Shown here one piece after another: positions 1-10,700 of a stretch of DNA of 64,000 nucleotides. The DNA is from Phoronis australis. Its lineage: Eukaryota > Animalia > Phoronida. The DNA is taken from the NCBI GenBank assembly GCA_002633005.1, contig NMRA01000064.1, forward strand, positions 124,001 to 188,000, given 5' to 3'. The position numbers were made by a program, and so were the translations under genes. Numbering within the stretch: position 1 is the first letter of the stretch; each line of letters starts with the position of its first letter. The notes beneath the pieces were generated by a model, which ran no database searches, was not told the DNA's origin, and saw only the letters and a list, made by a program, of their open reading frames with translations.

Positions 1-458
1 CAGGAGTGGTGTGAAGAATAGTTAACTTGCAGTGAAAAAAGTTACTTTGTTGGGCAAAAACCCATATCGTGAATTCAACACTCTACTATTCCGGAGGTAG
101 AGAAACGCATTGTATAATAACTTCCAAAAGTTTAGGCTGCACACCTCTGAGCCGAGTTGGATATTTTGATGTAACATTTTGATACGTTCTTCGATAAGTG
201 CCCTATGGATATGCAGCATAGATGCTAATATACAGCAGAATCAGTGTGGCACTTTGGAATTTCACTAAGTGGCTATTTGTGGTAACCATGCAGGGGAAAG
301 TTTGGGTATCTGAACAAAAATCTTGCCACTCTTCAGCCAACAAAGTTTGTCTAAAACAACGTCTCTGAATGACACCTTAAGTCCATGTTTCACACAATGC
401 AAACCAACCTGAAAACAGAATAGCATGCTTCTGAAATGTTAACATCTTAACCACTTAC

Positions 459-575
459 AGTATAAGAGACCCAGTTCACATCTATTCCTTCTTGTAAAAA
501 CTTCTTGACCTTAGCTGTATGGCCAAATCCACACGCCTCCCAGAAAGCTTCTTGTTTACTGTTGGCTGCTCCCAT
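459..575 (-). CDS. First coding exon of an ankyrin-repeat protein with probable N-myristoylation signal; gene probably continues left of the window
   Basis: Not in the ORF track. Acceptor ttgatttcag before 587, ATG at 575 and donor GTAAGT after 459 give MGAANSKQEAFWEACGFGHTAKVKKFLQEGIDVNWVSYT. MGxxxS fits the myristoylation consensus; 'AC..G....VKKFLQEGIDVN' fits an ankyrin repeat. A probable non-coding first exon ends at the minus-strand donor at 4649. Confidence 0.7.
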
Positions 576-1569
576 ACTGGATAATCACTGAAATCAAATG
601 AGCAAGTCGTGTCATATTATTGCTACTATAATAGACAAGTAATTTACACTGCCAGTAGCTATTGTTTCATAATACCTCATGTGACATGGGTTCCACTGTT
701 GTTGGGCACCAATGTAGAAAACTCCACAAGTACAGAGATTTCAACACAGGATCTTTGGTGTGCAAGTCAAGCGTTGAAGCCGATAACCCAACAGCAAATT
801 GTCCATTGGAAGCCATTTGAGGAGGCTTTACTCAACTGTATGTCACACTCGGTAGTCACGTACCGCAATATCAACAGAGTCTTGAGATGGCTGTCCATGA
901 TCGAGTGCAACCATGGTACAATACTGTACAAGTAAACAGCTTTGAACCAATGTAGGTAAAAAACTGGCCAAATAAAATGTGACTCAAAATTACTAACCAC
1001 ACTCTTATGAATGCTAAAATAACTATTTTACCCTTAATCTGATCCCTAATTTATGGAGTGGTAAGATGCCTAGGCTTTCACCACCATAAAAGAGTGACAC
1101 CTATTGACCAATTATTTCAAGCAACAGGCTGCGTACAATTAAAAAAAATATCACAATAGGTTTCCATTCATTATAAGTCTGTAGTATTTAATTAGGTAGA
1201 AAACCAAATAACTGAGCAAATTTTGCTTCAGAAAAGCTGTCGTCTCCCGAAAGATGTTGCAAAAAAGATTAACAAATGGTGTGTGTCACAAGCACATGTT
1301 TTGAAATTGATGACAAACTTATCTTTGTAACAAAAGTTAGAGAATGATTTAAGAAAACGATGTTTATAAGAGTGTTTTTCACTTAAACGGCAGTAATGAG
1401 CAATGGCAGTGTCAGTTGACTACGAGGTCTGTATAAAATTAACACGCATCAATTCCTGGCTACATTTTGACAAAAGTCTTCATACTGGCTAGCTCAACAG
1501 TAGGTGATGACATATCAGCCTGTATACTGCAAGATTTTCTGTAAATTATGCTCAACTCTGGCTAAACTC

Positions 1570-1890
1570 CAAAGTCACGTTACTATATATAACTTTCGAC
1601 TGTAGATTGACACCTTTGTAGACAGTTGGAGTCTACCAACAATAACAAATATTCCAACAGTCAAGACCTTTTCCCAAATAGTCCTTCATTCACTAATGCT
1701 CAAAAGATGGCTGCCAAGACTGCACCTCCTGCCACAAAATGGAGTCGTTGGCACACAAAGACACGGACCAGAAAGAAATCTCAATTACCGATGTATAACC
1801 TTTTTTAACTGGAAAGATTTAAAGACATCAATGACCTCCAAAGGCATCCTTCTATGGTTGTACAGTACCACAAACTAACGTGACTTTGAT
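1570..1890. mobile_element. Degraded foldback MITE related to 2421-2908
   Basis: Inverted ends caaagtcacgtta ... taacgtgactttg and internal segments resemble the arms of the 2421-2908 element. Confidence 0.45.
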
Positions 1891-1919
1891 GGTTTGATAA
1901 TGATAACCAGGTAAAATGT

Positions 1920-2076
1920 TGTAGTAATAGCCGAGATTACTCAACCTGGGAACCGAACTAGCAACCTGAATAAAACCAGCATTATACGTGCTAACCATTC
2001 AGCTAATAGGCAATTCCCATTTAGCGAGTGGCTAATGGAGGCTCATATATGATTCACCAGAAGCACATCCGCAACA
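1920..2076 (-). mobile_element. Solo LTR of the tRNA-promoter TRIM family
   Basis: TG...CA-bounded 157-bp copy of the LTRs at 2990-3146 and 3419-3582; flanks ATGT/ATGG are a 4-bp TSD with one mismatch. Confidence 0.8.
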
Positions 2077-2420
2077 ATGGTTATTTTATGTTAGTGAGAG
2101 ACTAAGTATACATGAACATGGGTTTAGCTACAACCACTCGTATCACAATAATATACACTATCCATAATCTGATTATACCTATCACGACAAGTGTCAAATC
2201 AATCGTTAAATGTGGCTATGGCTTAGCCAGGGTGAATCGTTATTTTCTAAATCTTATGGGATACGTGGCATATTAGAATATGCCAAAATAATGAGAAGCT
2301 ATGCCTAGTGCTAGGATATGGCCGTGGTGTGGGCTATGAATGCTGCCATGTCCTTTCAGGTTACAGATACACTTCATAGAATTCATGACACAAGTCACAC
2401 ACACTGCCAGTAGAGACAGT

Positions 2421-2908
2421 AGGCGCTTCGTACGCTAGAAGCTTTTTGGCGAATTATGCCTCACACTGACTGAACATCAAAGTCACGTTGTTATAGATAC
2501 CTTTTTCACATAGAGGGACACCTTAGAAGGCCGTCAATGAATTTAATTCCTTCCAACTTAAAAAAATACTCTTGGTTATCAAACTTTTTCTTCGACTGAG
2601 CAGTCCCTCGTTCAGTTCCCAAAATCGGTAACTTGCCATTTTCACTTTGCACACAGCAGGGGATATGACGTCATACCACCTGCCGCGCAGTAATAAAAAT
2701 GGTGAGATACCGATTTTGGGACTGAATGAGGGACTCCTCGAAGAAAGTTAGATAACGAGAGTATTAGAGTTGGAAAGAATTAAATACATCGATGGTCTCC
2801 TAAGGTGTCCCTCTATGCGCAAAAGGTATTTAATAACAATGTGACTTTGATGTTTTAGTCAGTGCGAGGAATGATTCGCCAAAACGTTTCTGGCATATGA
2901 AGCTCCTA
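2421..2908. mobile_element. Foldback/MITE-like palindromic element (~490 bp)
   Basis: The whole element is an imperfect inverted repeat (catcaaagtcac/gtgactttgatg, atagagggacaccttag/ctaaggtgtccctctat, cccaaaatcggta/taccgattttggg) centred on atgacgtcat at ~2666-2675. Confidence 0.8.
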
Positions 2909-2989
2909 TAGGAGCTAAATCATCTGTGCTACCTGCGCCAGCACTGACGATGCCCGGCGATGGTCTTATGATCGTCTATGTCTAAGAGC

Positions 2990-3582
2990 TGTCGTAATAG
3001 CCGAGATTGCCCGACCTCGGGAATCGAACCAGCGACCCCGATTTAACCGGCGAGCGTGCTAACCATTCAGCTAATAGGAAATTGCCCGTTAGCGAGTGGC
3101 TAACAGAGGCTCATATATATGATTCACTGGAAGCACTTTCACAACATTCCCCCCTTTCCTATCAACAAGTGCGCCATCAGCCAACTAGGTGTACTTTAAA
3201 TTATGCCTGTACATGCACCTTACACCATGCCTGCACATGTACCTTACTTTATGCCTGTACACGTACCTTACACCCTGTCTGTACATGCACCTTACATTAT
3301 GCCTGCACATGCACCTTACATTATGCTTGTACCCTACCAACAAGCGTGCTGTCTCAGGCCCCAGGGTCTATGAAGTGCTTCATCGGTATATCATCCGTTT
3401 TTTGCCGACTACGCCAATTGTGGTAATAGCCGAGATTGCCCGACCTCGGGAATCGAACCAGGGACCCCAATTTAACCGGCGAGTGTGCTGACCATTCAGC
3501 TAATAGTCAATTGCCCGTTAGCGAGTGGCTAACAGAGGCTCATATATATATGATTCACCGGAAGCACTTTCTATTCACAACA
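2990..3582 (-). mobile_element. Complete non-autonomous miniature LTR retrotransposon (TRIM) with tRNA-like LTRs (Helenus-like)
   Basis: LTRs 3419-3582 and 2990-3146 are both TG...CA. 4-bp TSD GAGC at 2986-2989 and 3583-3586. PBS TGGCGTAGTCGGCA (3416-3403) is complementary to a tRNA-Ser 3' end. PPT AGGAAAGGGGGGAA (3160-3147) abuts the 3' LTR. Each LTR carries A box TAGCTGAATGG and B box GGTTCGATTCC. Confidence 0.9.
3190..3333. repeat. 24-bp minisatellite inside the TRIM (about 6 copies)
   Basis: Unit approximately tgcaccttacattatgcctgtaca; explains the spurious CTCTLHYA-repeat ORF. Confidence 0.85.
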
Positions 3583-4648
3583 GAGCCCTTTCACTCATGA
3601 GTCACAGTGAGAGAAAGTGTAGTCAGTGTAGTTCAAACTTCACCACAGCATCATAATTATCAAGAAATATAACTTCCACAATACTCTATTGTAATATGGA
3701 CATTCTTACACAATATGAGACGAATAAGCCTTTCATTATTTGATGATTTTCCTACAGACTCGGAGTTCGGCTTCGTGCTTCGTGACCCTGTTGAAAGGAC
3801 ACCTGGTGGCTGACTGAGTCTCTATAAAAGAAGGTAAAATTCCAAAGTTTGTAAATGAAAAAAATTTTGTTTTGCTAATTTTGCTCTTGTAAGGCCATGG
3901 AAACATTGCAAGTATCTTCAATGTCCTGTAATTAATATGAATAGAGTGAAAATCAACGTTAAAAATGTTACATTATCGAAACGTTTTACTGAGTTAAGAC
4001 TTGATCACAAATGAAGAAATACGGAACAAGTTTTATCATATTTAAATATTTATTATATTATATATGCCTGTAGTTTTACTAAATTTTAAGCCCAATTCAA
4101 AAACATTATTATTTTTTTAAATTTAATTGCACATTTAAAAAAAAACAAAACAATAGTTTTACGATACAAATTTCAAGCATTTGTTTTGTTTTTTGTCCTG
4201 CTCATAGTCCACGAGGAAATTCCCCGGATGTATGTAAATTTTCTGCGTTTTGGTCATAGAGAAAGCAGTTCACATGCCTTTATTTACCGGTGTTGTAATT
4301 TAGGTTAATGGACGTTATGTGGTAAGTAAATTAAGACACAATAACTGCCACTACTAAAGCAAAATTGAATAACTTCCTGTTTGTCCCTCGGCTGTTTTGA
4401 CACCGGTTGTTTATTACCAACCTCGTTTCTCTGCCCGGTCATGCAGTCCAGTTTATGAGATGTGGGGTACTCGGTTAGTTAGGCAACACGTAGCCCGTTT
4501 GGCCAGTTAGGGGCTACAATACTTCCCATCGAATTTCGTCCGGTGTATTTTAAAGGGGCGGTAAGCCAAATCCGGACACTGATTAGGAGTTTTCACCTCG
4601 TCAAAAATGCATTCCACACTTAAAACTATCACTTAAAAAAGCACTTAC

Positions 4649-5063
4649 TTTCTTTATTGGTCCTTTCTACTTCTGCATATATCTTCGATGAAGCTTAGCT
4701 ACGAGAAGTAAGGTGACTTTGGCGAATAATTCCAACTCCACTTTTTTGGTCACCGTTAACTTTTTCACCTCGCGCACGATAACCACAAAGTATTTCAACT
4801 GAGTCATGTGAGTTAGGCAAAGGCTAGAGCGAGACTGAGCGAAGCGCGTGATCTGGTGCGTGACACTTGCAAAATAGCATGGGAGGGTATCAGGTGAAAT
4901 TTGTAAGATTTGTGTCCCTTGGACTTCTTATTCGTCTACATGCGTGATTTCACGTAACTTCCTCAAAATGGCACCCAGTAAGACTAGAAACTCGAGCAAA
5001 CCAAGACAGATTTTCATGGATACTTGTTCAATTTATGCTAATTAAATTGTATCCAGAGCCATG
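4649..5063. promoter_or_regulatory. Bidirectional promoter region with first exons of the ankyrin gene (-) and USP36 (+)
   Basis: A minus-strand donor GTAAGT (4648-4643) and a plus-strand donor GTATGT (5064) face away from a CpG-richer core at ~4770-4960; YY1-like caaaatggc at ~4963. Transcription starts are not determinable from sequence. Confidence 0.55.
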
Positions 5064-7741
5064 GTATGTATAAATTATAACTTCTTGTTCCTATCTGTAT
5101 GGTTTCTTTGATTTTATTTGCTGTATTTTGAAATGCGTAACTTTTTATGGGGATGTACTATCTCCCCTGCATGCCTGCGGCATCCAGGGCGATGTAATTG
5201 CCTATCGGTTAGTCTGTAGGGTTTCTACAGATAGTAGCAAAGTTTGTTTAAGTTTCTTCATAAAGCAATAATTCTGCACTTCTGTCTAAATTTTCAGGAC
5301 TTCAAGTGTTTGTCTAAAGTGTTTTTCACATCAAAATTGATAATTTATACGTAATGACTTTTCAAACACAACTTGAAAGGGGGAAAAATAATGCAGCAGT
5401 TAGCTGGTTCTAACAATAACATACAAATGAAAGTCACATTTGTCCGAGTTGCACACCAAAGCCGATACATATTTATTGTGAAAAGACTGAAATCCTGATA
5501 GCAATCGCTGATTGGCTGATATGTCAGTGACGTGACTGGTGGGGCCCCGACTGCTTATCACATATTGCTGTGCTGTAAAGAGTTTACATCGTATTTTATC
5601 ATTGTATCAGCCGTTACTATTTTTACTGTTTGCCACAGTACTGCAAAAGGTTCGCGGTGCCTTTTTGTATGGCTCCTGGTTGTTCGAACTCTTTGAAAAA
5701 GGTTTCTTCTAAGGGGATGGTCATCGCATACCATCAGTTGCCCCAGCCTTGGCTCAAAGCTGTATACTAAATATACAGGTTTGCGCCGATGTGAGTAAAT
5801 AAAATCTGACTTAATTAGTGTCATTAAAACTAATCTCTCTTTGAGTAAACTAACTTATTTACTGGCGTTGGAAAAGTTAGCGTTCTGTTGTTAATTGGCT
5901 GCTACTAAAATCTAAAATTGTAATACGTTCTTTTCAGTCGGCTTTTAGCAATTACGTCACCTGACCTTGACCAGTTTTTGTCTGATGACGAATGGGTATC
6001 ACTTTGTGTTGCCTCGGCTCAAACAGGTATCCCTGGTAACCCGACGTTCCACACTAAAATTTCTTATTCTGACAATTTGAAGAACACCACTTGACTGCAT
6101 GCTAAAATAGGGCATTGATTTTTCCCCACCAAATACGTCACAAGAAGCAGCGCTTTAATGGTTGGAAAATATAAATTTATTTTTTCTGATAAATTTGTGA
6201 AATTAATCAACAACTCATAGAAAACTATGCAAAATTTATTAAAAATAAAATACAGTTCTTTTAATTTCACTGTGAAATTTAAATACAGATGATGAACGTG
6301 AACTTGCGGTTTTGCTTAATCTCTGTATCGCTTATCTGTGAACTAGGGATCAAATATTCATTTAAGAATAAATGATTGCAGCCAGTCTGATACACGTACC
6401 AGACGTGCGCAGGCCTCTCAGGTGGGGTCATTACTCTTATTACCTGAATTTCTTTTGGGCTTTATTAATATATAGTTAAAGGCGAGCTGAGGAGTTCTAG
6501 AACTGACCAGTGTTTCTTGTGCGTGTAAAATATTAGGCAGCCTGCCATGATCCTTTTTAGCCATGTCACTCGTTATCGTGCTGAAATTGACCATCACACA
6601 CTTAATCCTGATTGGAAAACTTCACCGCTTTGCAAAAATTGCTATTCAAAATCAATACACAAGTTCAATAGCTACTGTCGATGATTGTGGATCAAACAAA
6701 AAAAAAATTAAAATTGGATTTTGAGCCTTTTTCTGTCATACGTAATCGTTTATACCCTTCCTTCCTTGCTTTCGCTTAGTGACGTGACCAGCATTCGGTA
6801 CTGGTTGGTTATCGGACAATGCACTGCAATTGTTTATGCGAGGATGCGCTGACACTCTAGACGTGTAAGTGACTAATGCTGATCCAGTTGTATAAATGCG
6901 CCTTAAGTGGAGCATGTCGCGCCGTAACAACTGACACCGTGACAACTGTCTCTCTCTCTCTTATGTTACGGCTGTGGTCTTGCAAATCTTAATCGGCACT
7001 GTGACATTTTGAATTTGAATGCATAATTAACCCCCAGGTGATGCTGTGTATTCAGTCTGGACAACATTTAGTGCTTGAAAGATATATTGAAAATACTTAA
7101 ACAAGTACATTGGTAGAACCTTCAGTTTTCAATGGTACTTTTTAAATTTTAAAAAATGTGACTTCCACTGTTTTGATTTTATTTTGACCAAAAACGCCTC
7201 TTGGTAGTCTTGGTGAGCAAACAACTTAAATGCTAGATGTCGCACAATGTTACGAAATCAAAAATAAAATGATTCATGACTCAAGGGATTTGTCAACTTT
7301 TGGACCTCAAAGGGTAGGAAGCTTTGCAACCTAAGGTTGCTTAAGTAGTGTTTGGTGTCTAGGGGTTAGAGAAAGAAGAATTAATCTAAATCACGTTATT
7401 CTGTCATCCTACCAATGATTTATGTTGCAATGTTGAAAAATCAGTGGTCCACATTTTCTACTCTACCCGGGCTTGAACCCACAATGCCTGAATCAAGTCT
7501 AGAGAGTTGATTAGTTACATTCAAGACCCATCTGAAGCACATTCAAAATGTCAGGTATGATGGGATTGGTTAATTTTCGGACTGTCTTTATTTAAATTTG
7601 GTGGTTTGTGGCCCAGCTGTTCTCTGTTTTGGGACCTGTTTCTAACTGGGTGTTAATGTCGGGAATTCTTCAATCTTTTTTCTTAATTTTCAGTTTGAAA
7701 ATCTTTTAATTGGCTATGCACACCAATAAAGAGATTGGACA

Positions 7742-10700
7742 ATGCCTGCTTTACAGTTCAACTTTGTGAGTGGTAGTAACGGGATCAGTGCTGCTGTCGA
7801 GCCTAGCAAGGAGGGTCTGCTGTCTGTTGATTCTCGTCTTAATGGTGTTACCAGCAAAATACTGCTGACGGAGCTAGAGTTCAAGGAAGCATCGAAGACT
7901 CCCAAGATGCAGCTAGACAAGCTCAAGTCTAGATACACTACATTTAACTCCCAGAAGCCTCCAGTGTTGTGTGAGTCATACAGTTAACGCGTGTTTTGAT
8001 GTCACAGTGTTTGGTATTATTCTCAAGCTTGTTGTTTCCTTTGAGGTTACAGATAACCGTAGAAAAATTCCCAGTTTGGCTAATATTTTTTCTCAGAGAA
8101 ATGGATGATCAAATTCACAAGAAAACTTTGATATACAATGCAGCCCTCGATACAGGCGAAAATGGCAGTTTGAAAATACATATGACTGCATATTCTGCTC
8201 TCACATTTCCTCTGTTGGACTCGTAGAAAGTGGCGGCCAAGAAAAAAACGGCGAATGTAAGGTCTTTGCCTGAAAGTTGTGATCGCGCATTTGCTTATGT
8301 TTAGCCTAGCTATGCATTAATGCACGCTGTTTGGAATAGTGTTAAAATATTCCACTTTTGCATGAGGGCTGTTAAAAATATAACTCATGATTTTTATAAA
8401 AAATCAATAGTAAAGTTGCATGAAACGAAAATCAGAATAATTGGAAATATTGTTTTAAGATTTCATTTTAAACATGGATGTCAAATGAAATATGGTCATG
8501 TTATTGTTATGCTATGAATCTACTGTTTTTTTTTTTTTGTTAAATTTTACTAAGAAGCCATGGTCATAATTGAAAGATTAGCCAAAAGTCAAACTCAACC
8601 GGCTTTCTTCTTTCAGGAAATATGTACTTTTATTGTTGAAACCTTTATTTTTCGACTTTTCAATAATTCTCGCATAATGTTTATAAGTTCCAGTTCTTAT
8701 TAGATTACATTTTAATGATTACTACATCCGTGTACCACTGCCAGTGTCTCTTGGTCTGTGGCTACATTCCGTAACCATGTACTTTCAGCTTCACCCAAAG
8801 GTGATGGTCAGGGTGAGGTGGCCGTGGCAGAAGATGGTATCCCCCTGCCCAAGACTGTGCTGTTTGACCCGTGTAGACTAGACATGGGCCCTATGAAGCT
8901 GAGTCACGTGGGGCCAGGACTGAACAACCAGGGTAACACCTGCTTCCTGAACGCCGTCCTCCAGTGTTTGACCTACTGCGCACCTCTGTTCAATTACTTA
9001 GCCACAGATGATCATACAGTACACTGTGAGTAGTGTGTTTATGCATTCATGTATTCATGTATTAAAATCTGAATGGAATTTTACATTACACAATGAAGTA
9101 CGATATATTTTAAATCCCTGGAGGCACTTTGTGTTACATTACACCGTCAAGTAGACACTCGGGACAATGGGAAGACATTGTCAAATGCCATGCTGCCTGG
9201 GTTTTGTTTATAGTGTATTTACTCACCATGTGGAATGTAAGCTGGTGTAAACCAGGCAATACAGTCCAGCTGCTGGTTTACACATGTTGACTGATACTAC
9301 AGAGTATCTTCATCACAAGTGATAATGGTATCTATACCGTATTGATGTTGTCGGTTGCTTATGAGTACTCTAGGTACACTCCCGTGACCGTGTGATAGTG
9401 TTCTATTCTTGATATTCACCTTGTCATGAACAAACCACCTCGTGCAGTTGGGTTGTTTTGGTGTTGAATTAAATACCAGCAAAGTAATGTTAGCATTTAT
9501 ATAAGTATTGGTGTTCTGTCTTCAGGTAGAGTTGTGGGGTTTTGTCCGTTGTGTGAGCTGAAGCGACACATGAAGCGTATCATCGATCACCGTGGTTACA
9601 ACGGACCCATCTCACCTCAGGCAATTTTGCACAAACTCAAGGGTGAGTAGTCCTTATGCTTTATAGTGGGGCTGGCCATATTGGTGTTCTATTATTTTAA
9701 TTTTTTGTCAAAGTGCATTATGACTAGATTCCGTATGTTATTTTAAATTAATATATAGCGCCGTAAGACAAATGACGGTGTTTGTGCACTCTAATCTACT
9801 GAATGCGTAACACAAGTAACAGTCCCATTCAGCAATGTGCAGTGTTTCAAAGTGGCATACAGTTGCAGTGCACTCTCATTCTTTCTGTTTCTGTTGTTTT
9901 TTTATTTAAAATGACAATGAATTGTATTTACTAGAGATGACTTTGTTAATTGTAAAGTTGGGGACTTTTTTATCATCAAAGTGTTGTCACATTGATTGAT
10001 GTCGTTTAAAAACGGGTTTTTTCATTTGGTATATGTTTTAGAGTTTATGTTATGTGAGTCGCCATTCCTAATTTCACGTAATTACTCTTGGAGTCGACAC
10101 CAGTTCCTTTATCACACTTGTGTCTGCATTCGCCACTGCAGACTTGCTCTACTTTGGTAAATTGTAATTTTTGCCTAATCTGTAATATGTAGGGATTTAA
10201 AGCTCCACATAGTGCTAGTAAGGTCAAGCTGAAATCTTAAACTTCCATCTGGAAATGGATCAAGTCAAAGACAAGGAGTCTTCCATTTAACCAATTAATT
10301 GACTTCATACTGTCAGTGGTGTTATCATGAGTAATTAGCTGTGATAACTCGCCGTATCTAAGGATCGAGTGTTCCATCCCAAAACATGAGACGTAGTTGT
10401 TTTCAAAGATGGCGTTGCGTGCGGTGTATCACGTTTTTGTTGCCAGAGATCTGCCGAACATTAACATCATTGTTTGTACTTTCTTCAGTGATAGCAAAGC
10501 ACATGTGTTGGGGCCGACAAGAAGATGCACACGAGTTTCTCAGGTTCATCATTGACGCCATGCAGAAGGCTTGTTTACAGGGAAAGAAACAGTAAGCCTC
10601 TTCTCAAAACTGACCAATAGTTGTTGGCTCTGATAGAATGTGCGTATTAGTCGGATATAATGTGCCTGTGTTCATGTCTGATACGAGGTTTGCTACACTA

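Noticed and set aside
265-408. Possible second exon of the ankyrin gene (acceptor ttttcag at 409)
   Set aside because: Would need a 50-nt intron, and the in-phase peptide is not ankyrin-like and stops early.
3010-3080. tRNA gene (A and B boxes present; also at ~1940-2005 and ~3440-3505)
   Set aside because: No convincing acceptor or anticodon stems; the boxes lie inside TG...CA LTRs of a TRIM.
3007-3491. 139-aa and 100-aa Cys/His-rich repeat ORFs
   Set aside because: Translations of the 24-bp minisatellite and LTR sequence.
5980-6395. Two possible C/D-box snoRNAs in USP36 intron 1 (TGATGA ... CTGA)
   Set aside because: No recognisable rRNA or snRNA antisense element and weak terminal stems; such boxes arise by chance.
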